Origin: Eledone cirrhosa
Lineage: Eukaryota
NCBI GenBank assembly: GCA_964016885.1
Contig: OZ024740.1
Location: 108,996,001 to 109,060,000 of the forward strand
Direction of reading: 5' to 3'
DNA length: 64,000 bases
Position 1 is the stretch's first letter; the number at the start of each line of letters is the position of its first letter. The notes beneath the pieces are model-generated. The model searched no databases. It saw only the letters and a program-made list of their open reading frames with translations, and was not told where the DNA came from. The position numbers were made by a program, and so were the translations under genes. Below are positions 53,758 through 64,000 of the stretch, piece after piece.

Positions 53758-54726
53758 CATATATATACACACAGACAGACAGAGAGAGGGAGTATGATGA
53801 GAGAGAACACTGGTTTCTAGTATGAATTAAAGCATTTCGGAAACATCCCCAGCCCCATCTCCAGTTTTTTTTGTGTTTCATGAATACTAAATAAAAGTTT
53901 TACCATGTTTTTGACAGATCAGAGTGTAGCATGCAAGTAACAGAAAAACAGTTATAATCTAAATTTCTCCCTGCTCTAGTAGCTGTAACTGCCAAAAGCT
54001 CGAAGTTTACAAGACTTAAAACTTCCACTTGATGTTAGTTCTCATTCAGTTCTATTCCGATACTACATTAAAGTACTATGTTGCAAGCATTTTATATCCT
54101 ATTAATATTAAATTGTGTATGAAGCAGCTAAAGTATACTATAAATTCAAACCTTATAAAGAGAACAGGTTTTTAACCAAAGTTTAAAATTTAAAAAAAAA
54201 TGCATGTTTACATATAAATTTCTTGCAGTTTCAGTTAAAAAGTTGTAATGTTTGTACATATATGAACTTCTACTTGATTTTACATTTTTACAGCAAGGTT
54301 TATAAACTGTAATTGTATTTACAATATATTAAGCTTAGATTTTGGCTGCATGGTTAAGAAGTTCACTTTTGTAACCATATGGTCTTAGGTTCTATCTCAC
54401 TGCCTGATACCTTATGTACATGTCTGCTACTATATTCTTTGGCTGACCAATGCCTTGTAAGTGACTTTGGTAGACAGATATTGCATGTATACACATACAT
54501 GCACACATGTATGTGTGTGTTTGTTTGTCTCTATCTCTTTTATCCTTTTTGCATTCACTCTTCATAGAGTCCCTGTTAGATGTGCAAAGATCCATTACCA
54601 ACTTTTTTTTAATAAATTGTTGTAGTACATTATATATGTACACATATATATAGTGGCAAATAAACGTCAATCATATGTATTTAGCACTGATTATTAAAAT
54701 AGTTAATGAACAGCTTGATATCAAAT

Positions 54727-54810
54727 CTACATTTTTCATATGTGACCTGGGCCTATTATCACCATTATAAGATGGTGATAATAGGCCCAGGTCACATATG
54801 AAAAATGTAG
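54727..54810. repeat. Perfect 39-bp inverted repeat with a 6-nt loop
   Basis: ctacatttttcatatgtgacctgggcctattatcaccat-tataag-atggtgataataggcccaggtcacatatgaaaaatgtag. Confidence 0.95.
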
Positions 54811-55219
54811 TCCTGATACTGAAAGATGACATTCCTAATTAACTTTGTCTCAACATATATTTCTAATTTAGACACACGACCAGCAATATGAGGAGGAGGA
54901 GAAAGTTGATAAAATCAACCCCAAGTAATTGACTAGTACTTTATTTTATCAACCACGGAAGGATGAAAGGCATAGTTGAGCTTAGCAGAATTTGAATTCA
55001 GAATATAAAGAACCAGAACAAATATTCTACAGTATTTTAGTCTGAGGCTCTAACAATTCTGTCAATCCACAACTCTTTGTCTCTAAACATAATTAAACAG
55101 CTCACATTAAACATGAACAACTTACTAACTGAAGAAGTTTATTGTTTTTTGGTGGTTGGTGATAAGGTTATTTATGTATGTCAGATTTGTCTTATGATGT
55201 GGATTAAATCTTTTGAGAT

Positions 55220-55420
55220 CAAATTTATCATGTGCAACACCTTTTTTCAGTTTGAAGGCTCCATCTACAAAATTTCAGGACTTCCGGTGGAGTCAAGCCT
55301 CTCAGGCCTGCTAGCTATCATGTACATGGACCAGTTTGAGCACACATCACTCACCACCTGGTGCTCTTGCTCTTTCTTCTCCTGGCATGTGGATAATATC
55401 CTTATGCTCACCTCATAATG
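55220..55420 (+). pseudogene. Degenerate PLE reverse transcriptase fragment
   Basis: NTFFQFEGSIYKISGLPVESSLSGLLAIMYMDQFE...WHVDNIL resembles PLE F.F.G..Y...GLPMGS.LS..LA..YM...RYVDD. Confidence 0.7.
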
Positions 55421-56831
55421 GGAAGAAACCGTCAAGATTTACAACAACTAGAACCTTTGTTAAGTCATGTTCCAAACACTAGATTAATAATGAGAAAGTT
55501 AGTTATTAAACCCTTTCGTTATCATATTTCTAATGAAAAAGTCAGTCTATGATCTTTAAATAATTTTGAAAATAATTAAGAATTTGAAGGGATTTAGTAT
55601 ATAATGACTTCTCATTATCCTTACGGGGTCGATAAAATAAAGTACCAGTAATGCACTGGGTTATTGCTGGCCTTGTGCCTAAAGTAGAAACAATTATTAA
55701 TCTTACATAAAATTATGCTGGAGGATTTTATGATAAATATAAACATTTTTAAATAAACAGTTTTGTATCATAGAAACAAAGACAGCTTCAGACAGTTGGT
55801 TGTCAAAAGGGTTAACTAAATCCCTCCAAATTCTTTATAATTTTCAAAATTATTTAAAAATCAAATGTAATACCTCAAACCAAAATATTCCTTGTTTAGA
55901 TTCATCTTTGGTTATATATCATCTTTGTTTGTATATCATTTTTAATAAAAAGAATTTTTTATGTATATTTTTAATTTCATTTTTCCTCCTCTCCCTTCCC
56001 CCACCACCATTGTCATATTTTGTTTTTTGTTGAAAGCTTCTTTTGAACCAGTAGCTTGATTGAAGATGTGTGTGTACATGCGTGAATGTGTGTGTGTGTG
56101 AGGATAGGGGTAGGGTTTCAGTAACGTGGGTTATTTTTTAAAGAATTTCTATTGATTTGACTATAATAGAACCCCCTCTTCACTCCCCTCACTTTCCCCC
56201 TTCCCGTATCTCACTCCTCTCCCCCACAAATTTATTTAATCATTTTTAATGAATATATTTTTAACATTTTACTTTTTTATCATTATGATATTACAATTTA
56301 CAAAAATTATTTATATAAGACACACAAATACATACGCACATGCAGAAATGTATGTTTATATTTATGCATATTTCTCTATGACTAAATGTCTTTCCTGACG
56401 CCAACCCATACTTTACATTGAACCGTAAGCTCTAGGGCATATTATTTATGACATAAACAAATGTTACCACTCACTTTGATGTGTTACACACACATACATG
56501 AGTAGTGGCTTGATGTATTGCGAGCAAAACAAGCAGAACCACTAAACCCTAATGCTGTACAAATTCAAAATAATAAGGCTCAAGGCCAGCAAAACGTAGC
56601 CCTGGCCATCACATAATGAATAAGAAGATAACAGAGCTGAGAATACAGACCAGAAAACAAACACTACAGAAATATAACATAAAGATTAAAAATAGAATTA
56701 TTCAAAATGAAAAGAATATTTGAAGCAAGGGATTCTTGCTATATCGCAAAGGATCTATCTGTAAGAAAAGGACTACAGAATAAACAAATATCAACCTAAG
56801 TCTCAAAGAACTTACACGAACAAGTTTAGAT

Positions 56832-58201
56832 GAACTTACACTAACAGTAAATGTAATAGAACTTACACCAACAGTAAGTGTAGTAGAACTTACACTAACA
56901 GTAAGTGTAGTAATAGAACTTACACTAACAGTAAATGTAGTAGTAGAACTTACACCAACAGTAAGTGTAGAAGTAGAACTTACACCAACAGTAAGTGTAG
57001 TAGAACTTACATTAATAGTAAGTGTAGTAGTAGAACTTACAGCAACAGTAAGTGTAGTAGAACTTACACTAACAGTAAGTGTAGTAGTAGAACTTACACC
57101 AACAGTAAGTGTAGTAGTAGAACTTACACCAAGAGTAAGTGTAGTAGTGGAACTTACACCAAGAGTAAGTGTAGTAGTAGAACTTACACCAACAGTAAGT
57201 GTAATAGAACTTACACTAACAGTAAGTGTAGTAGTATAACTTACACTAACAGTAAGTGTAGTAGTAGAACTTACACCAACAGTAAGTGTAGTAGTAGAAC
57301 TTACACCAACAGTAAGTGTAATAGAACTTACACCAACAGTAAGTGTAGTAGTATAACTTACACCAACAGTAAGTGTAGTAGTAGAACTTACACCAACAGT
57401 AAGTGTAATAGAACTTACACCAACAGTAAGTGTAATAGAACTTACACTAACAGTAAGTGTAGTAGAACTTACACTAACAGTAAATATAGTAGTAGAACTT
57501 ACACCAACAGTAAGTGTAGTAGTAGAACTTACACTAACAGTAAGGGTAGTAGTAGAACTTACACTAACAGTAAGTGTAGTAGAACTTACACTAACAGTAA
57601 CTGTAGTAGAATTTACACTAACAGCAAGTGTAGTAATAGAACTTACACTAACAGTAAATGTAGTAGTAGAACTTACACCAACAGTAAGTTTAATAGAACT
57701 TACACTAACAGTAAGTATAGTAGTAGAACTTATACCAATAAGTGTAGTAGTAGAACTTACGCTAACAGTAAATGTAATAGAACTTACACTAACAGTAAGT
57801 GTAGTAGTAGAACTTACACTAACAGTAAGTGTAGTAGAACTTACACAAACAGTAAGTGTAGTAGAACTTACACCAACAGTAAGTGTAGTAGAACTTACAC
57901 TAACAGTAAGTGTAGTAGTAGAACTTACACCAACAGTAAGTGTAATAATAGAACTTACACCAACAGTAAGTGTAGTAGTAGAACTTACACTAACAGTAAG
58001 TGTAGTAGAACTTACATTAACAGTAAGTGTAGTAGAACTTACACCAACAGCAAGTGTGGTAGAACTTACACCAACAGCAAGTGTAGTAGAACTTAAACCA
58101 ACAGCAAGTGTAGTAGAACTTACACCAACAGCAAGTGTAGTAGAACTTACACCAACAGTAAGTGTAGTAGTAGAACTTACACTAACAGTAAGTGTAGTAG
58201 A
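56832..58201. repeat. Minisatellite, 28/31-bp unit, roughly 45 copies
   Basis: agaacttacacYaacagtaagtgtagt(agt) repeated. Confidence 0.97.
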
Positions 58202-58739
58202 ATTTAGAGGAGTATGGGCAATTTAGCTTAAATTTAAAAATAAAAAAATGAAATCATGCAAAATACTGCTGAAATCATTTCTGAAATACATTCAGATGAA
58301 CATAACTTTGCATATTATTTACATATCCAATTCTTGATGAAATAAATGTAGCAGGTAAAAAAAACATTTGAGTTAAAGACTGTTAATAAAGTAAAAAATA
58401 TTAGATGGCTTAACATTGGTAAAATCATATGAGAATAAACTAAAACTACCAAACTTTTAAGTTGATGTATTGACTTGTAATATTTAAGAATATTTAGACC
58501 ACTAACAACAGCTTTACATGTACTATGACAAGCTTCTTACGCATGATAGGATCCTTTTGGGGGCATTTTACAGCTGGATGGTCTTTCAGGCACTAACCCT
58601 TTTAGTCACCTCTTATGTTAGACAGGGATATGGTATAATTATTCTAATCTGGATACATACAATTATTATCAAATAATATCTAAATCCTAAGCCCTATTTA
58701 AGTTATAGGTTTGAAAATAAAACTGAAGAATATTAAATT

Positions 58740-58915
58740 ATTATTATTGGTCGGGCGCCATGCTTTGAAGCATAGAGTTACCTCCCTGTATGATCTGAGT
58801 TCAAATCCCGTCGAGGTTAACTTTGCCTTTCATCCTTACGGGGTCGATAAAATAAAGTACCAGTAATGCACTGGGTAATTGCTGGCCTTGTGCCAAAAGT
58901 AGAAACAATTATTAT
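58740..58915 (+). mobile_element. Nin/Deu-domain-like tRNA SINE
   Basis: B box gagttcaaatccc followed by gcctttcatccttacggggtcgataaaataaagtacc; relatives at about 32430-32575, 34430-34880 (2 copies, -), 54860-55070 (-), 55616-55700, 63255-63470 (-). Confidence 0.75.
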
Positions 58916-59281
58916 AAATTACAAACAATGGTGAAGTGTACATAAGAAAACAATGACAACATTTCTTTTCTGTTTATTCCAACAACTGAATCCAAAATTA
59001 ATTAAATGTTTTGTATTTCTAAGAAATATATTGCTTTTCTCTATTAGAAATGTTCTTCAACCAGTCAAAGAATACAACTTAATTTCTAAATTGATGGAAT
59101 ATTTGTGGAGGTATCAAAACAATCTATATCTGCTGCTGAATATCAATTTTTAAAAAATTGATTTGTTGGATTGTACCAATAAAACTCAAATCACCATTAC
59201 GACTCTCTTACAAACACACTCTTACCATTCCTTTCTGCAACATGACAGAATTTTGACATATGTATTACAGCTTTAATACAA

Positions 59282-60413
59282 TCTATATATATAAAACTGT
59301 GGTTGTCTGTCTGTCTATCGATTTTTGGCACACATCTCCTCTTAGAATCTCTCACGGAATTGCACCGAAATTGCTATACTTGTACATTGAGCCCTAGCGA
59401 AGACATCGGAAAAAAAAAATTTCAAATTGACCCACCCTATCTGACGAAATCGAATATAATGTATCGATTTTTGAGCGTAAGTGATCAGTTATTTCCCTTT
59501 GTTCTGTTTACATTGAGCGTCTTACGTAAAAAATTACGCTGGCTTTCTCAGCGTTTAAAATGACATTAACACAATACACGAACAGTTAGTTGTCGAGCCA
59601 GCAAAATATTGACCTGCAAAATTCATCAGTTCGAACACTAAGCTTCCGTTTTGCTTCATTTCAATTTAAAAGCATTTTAAAACAATATTTTTACTTGAAA
59701 ACAAGTCTATTTAAAGACTACGTAAAACAAGCAAATATTTCGTCGTTAGGCGTGCAGACAGACAGTCGTGCAGACAGACAGTCGTGCAGAGAGGTGATAT
59801 ACGTGTGCAGACAGACAGTCGTGCAGAGAGGTGATATAGGCGTGCAGACAGACAGTCGTGCAGAGAGGTGATATAGGCGTGCAGACAGACAGTCGTGCAG
59901 AGAGGTGATATAGGCGTGCAGACAGACAGTCGTGCAGACAGACAGTCGTGCAGACAGACAGTCGTGCAGAGAGGTGATATACGCGTGCAGACAGACAGTC
60001 GTGCAGAGAGGTGATATAGGCGTGCAGACAGACAGTCGTGCAGAGAGGTGATATAGGCGTGCAGACAGACAGTCGTGCAGAGAGGTGATATAGGCGTGCA
60101 GACAGACATAACTGATAATTTGGTTACGCTAATGTTTTTCTCTGCGTTGCAGTGTTTACATTTTCGATCTTTGTTAATACATAACCAGTGCAGTTTCTAT
60201 CCCCAGCATCCTCTTTTGTTATAACATTCGGGTTATCGTTATGTTTTCTTAACTTCATAAGGCATATTGTTGGTTGAGGGAATATTAATCAAAAACACCA
60301 CATGCAAGTCTGCACAGTAGACACTACAGTTTTTAAGCCAAGAAAGAAACTTAACATTGTAACTTTAACACAGCTACTGAGCGACCCCGAGCAACGCCAG
60401 GCTTTACTGCTAG
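59282..60413 (+). mobile_element. Non-autonomous Helitron with an internal minisatellite
   Basis: A|TCTATATATATAAAACTG...tgtctgtctgtc 5' end; cccgagcaacgccagg hairpin and CTAG|T 3' end. Confidence 0.82.
59749..60107. repeat. Composite minisatellite of 16-bp and 21-bp subunits
   Basis: gtgcagacagacagtc and gtgcagagaggtgatata(g/c)gc in variable order. Confidence 0.95.
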
Positions 60414-63400
60414 TTGATATATAAAGCTGTTGATTATTATATATTAATAGTATATTAATTCCTTATTTTACAGATGGAATAATTAATAAGTTTCTTCATC
60501 AAACTTTAGCCAAGCTATATATATATATATACACAAACAGGGAGAGATATAGAGAGAAAGAGATACATAGATAAACAGATAGACAAAACAATTAGAACAT
60601 TTGTGCACCCCACTCCTTGCTTGTCTTTCATTTGTGTTCCATGAATTATAAATAATAAAAAAAATTATATTTTTGACAGATTGTAGTGAGACTGTATAGT
60701 CATTATAATATGAATTTTTCTGTTAATTATTATAGCTAATAATTGAAGCTAACAGCAGGGTTTATGTAACACAATCCTTCCAATGAGAATGTGATCATAC
60801 ACAGAAACAAGCAAGTGGCTGCAGTTGTTCTACTATGTTTGCTCTTGGTAACATTATACTTCCTTAGGTCAACTGATAGCTGATAAAATTGTTCTTCTGC
60901 TTCAGATTTTGGACCATAAAACATAATGCAAGATAATATCATTGTAGCTATTAGTTTCATTGATTTATAAAGTAGTAAAATCATAGAAGGTAACAAGAAG
61001 AGACAAGAAGCAGAGAAAGGAGGTTGAAGTATCAAATAACTGGTTTCATAGCTCTTGATTCAAATATATTTGCAGTGAGCACTATAGAGTAAAAGTGGAC
61101 AGAAATATGGCCAAATGGCTAACCCTTTTGATACCAACCAAAACAAACCAAACCAAACCAAAAACTGTCTCTAACTCTAATACAAGCATCGGCCCCTGTC
61201 ATCCTTTAAAATGTAGATATTTAAATTAGAATTGCCTGTGATAATTCAATGTAAGTATATTTTGTTTTGTTCCAAATGCTAGCTTAATAATGAAAAAGCT
61301 ATTTTACTAAATCTTTAAAAATCCTTCAAATACCATTTTAAATTAGTTAAAAAATATAGGCAATATATTTCCACAGAAATATGGTAACAAATGGGTTAAA
61401 CTGTTCATACAAGAATTAAGAGATCCTGGTTGTGATCAAATTGCATGATACCATGCATAAACATCTACAGTAGCTTCAAGATAAGAACAATCATTAGATT
61501 TCAGAAATAATCATAAAAGATATCATTTAAAATGTTTAAATATTGCTATCACAAATATATGTAAATATAACTAAATAATCCTCCATACGTGCATATAATA
61601 CATAAGAGTATTTCTTTTGTTCAAGATTTCATTGTCCATAATTAGAAGTGTATATTATACTCAAACAAATAAACATTTTATTCATTTGAAAACTAAAATT
61701 CAAATAAAGATTTAACTTACCAAAAAATTAAAACCTTATTAGGTATTAAAAGGTTCATAAATCCTTCAGAATGCAAAGAAAATTTTCAAAACAAGAAAAT
61801 CATCCCAGTCAAATAATAATCCTCTTTTTAATTTTAGAATGCTGGTTTCAATTAAAATAATTTAAGCAAGGTAATATCCAGAAATGTATGCACCTGCAAT
61901 GAAAAAAAATATATTGTCCATTAATATAAAAAACAAATTTTATTTATAAAGAAAAAGAAAATTTAGATTGAGAAGAATGGAATGTAAAATAGAAAAATAT
62001 AGAAAAAAAAGAGAAAAAAAAAGAAAAAACGGGAAGGCAAGGGAATGACAAGAACTCTAGTGTCGGAGAAGAATGGGGAGGGGGAAGGATAATTGGGCTC
62101 TGGGCCTAGGGCGCGGTGGTGGAGGGGCTGCGCCCTGCGGACAAGACCACAAAAGCATTCCTGTGGACAATGGCCAGCGATATCTGCTGCAATAGCCACC
62201 CCACCTTGCAGGGCTCCCTCCTCAGATGGGCCACCATCCATCACATATTTTGCTACTGTAACCATTTTGAGGCGAAAATATTAAAGTATTAATACTGAAT
62301 ATGATTTAAACCTTTCATTACCATATTCCTAATGAAAGATTATTTTGAAAATGATCAAGAATTTGGAAACATTTAGTAATATAAAAAATTGCTTATTATT
62401 AAGCTCATGTTTATTCCATAACTTAAAGGTTCTTACATAAAATGATGTTGGTAGTCTTTTAGGTAAATATAAATACTTTAAAATAAATAACTTTATATCA
62501 TAGAACCAGGTACTTTCAAGTGGTTTGGTATCAAGAATTAAACTTCATTAGTGTGGGTGCCATATGAAAATGCACCAAGTACACTCTGTAAAGTGGTTGG
62601 CAAATGAATGGAAATAGCATAGGGTTAACACTTCAGTCTGGCTGAGGTATAACAAATTCTCTAATGCTGGTGCCATTATAAATTACACCTAGTACACTCA
62701 ACAAAGAGTGTTAGGAAAGACATTCAGATGTAAAAATAATGCCCAAAATGGAATGTATGAGTGAGATGTGGTATTCCAACCCATCTAGAAAGTCATTGAC
62801 CTCCAATAAGAACTGAACTAGAATATGAAAACCCATCCAACCCATGCCAGCATAGAAAGCCAATATAAAATGAGAATTATGATGATTTTAAATGATTCTC
62901 ACGTTAGTCAATCTAACTAAAATATAAAGCAGCAGTCCTTCATCACAATGTGGTTACTTAAAATTAACATTTATTGTTTGTACTGACTGACACAAGCGAG
63001 CAGCAACATATTAACTTCAATTTCCTATCCCCTGAAATTGTTTGCATTTAATCCATTACTCACAATTTGCTTTTTACCATCACTACATTACTACTATTGC
63101 TGCTGCTGCTACTACTACTAGCAACAACAAAGTGCTCAAGTTTCACTAACTTTTATGTCGTTGATCACATTGCTCAAGATCCCATGCAATAGAACTTTGC
63201 AATTGTGAAACAAACTTCTTTATCCCACAGGTATGTCTGTATCCATATATTGGTTTCTTATATAGACACAAGGCCAGCCATTTTGGGGGAGGGGAAAGTT
63301 GATTAAATCAACTCCAGCGCGTGACTGGTACTTTATTTTATCAACCCTGAAAGGATGAAAGGCAAAGTTAAACTCGGCAGGATTTGAACTCAGATCATAA

Positions 63401-64000
63401 AGGGCCGTAACTCTGTGCTGTAAAGCATGGCGTCCAACCCTCTACCGATACTGCCAATCCACCACCCGTCTGCATCCATATATTATTTGACAATCAAGTT
63501 TGGTTTACACAGTCTAATTTCTGTATAAGGTAAAGAATTACTTGAATAAAAATCTTGCAGATTGGAAAATAAAGGATAGAGACTTTTGTATCTCCTCAAA
63601 GACATTCTTATAGCTGCTAGATGAAAATTTTGTTTCAGATATTTTCTTTCACCTAATATCAAATCTAAAATGTTAAATATCTCTTTTTAATTTAAACTAT
63701 CAATTTATATGTTTATATTTCAGACTCATTCAATAATAAAACAATGGTATATTTATAATCTCTTTAAAGACACAGATGACTGATTTAAATCTGATATCAA
63801 CCACTTGAAACCACCACTGGTTCTATGATACAAAGATGTTTGTTTTAAAGTGTTCATATTTATCTAAAAACATTTTAGTATAATTTTATGTAAGGAAGTT
63901 TCATGTTATGTTTCAAACACCAGCTTGATAACAAGAAAGTTAACTTATTACCAAATCCTTACAAATTTTTCATTGGAAATATGATAAGTTAAAGGGTTAA

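Noticed and set aside
56832-58201. CRISPR-like periodicity (also 59749-60107 and 22357-22615)
   Set aside because: No unique spacers, no cas genes, eukaryotic context
60736-61035. 99-aa ORF
   Set aside because: No recognisable motif or convincing splice context
62093-62284. GC-rich patch with short ORFs
   Set aside because: Too short for a CpG-island or gene call; probably an unclassified transposon fragment

Overview
AT-rich, repeat-saturated eukaryotic (metazoan) DNA. The repeat inventory suggests a coleoid cephalopod such as Octopus, which is an inference. No host protein-coding gene can be called with confidence, and most ORFs in the track are translations of (TA)n/(TACA)n microsatellites. 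The window contains: many copies of one RTE-clade LINE family (one 792-codon open RT fragment with a PHD-like finger inside the RT domain), CR1 and RTE-X remnants, Penelope-like (PLE, GIY-YIG) remnants, tRNA-headed SINEs, two non-autonomous Helitrons, TTAA-flanked and Tc/mariner-type MITEs, and minisatellites. The most interesting signal is RNA-level. A 5-copy, ~466-bp head-to-tail repeat (4040-6384) carries one minimal type I hammerhead ribozyme motif and an octamer motif per unit, like a non-LTR retrozyme / satellite-2 circRNA element. Several unrelated hammerhead motifs lie nearby, including one with a compensatory U3-A8 core at the end of a non-coding element with a ~660-bp inverted repeat. 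There are also many fold-back hairpins next to TA tracts and a back-to-back double palindrome centred on microsatellites (15984-17299). All folds and alignments were done by eye.
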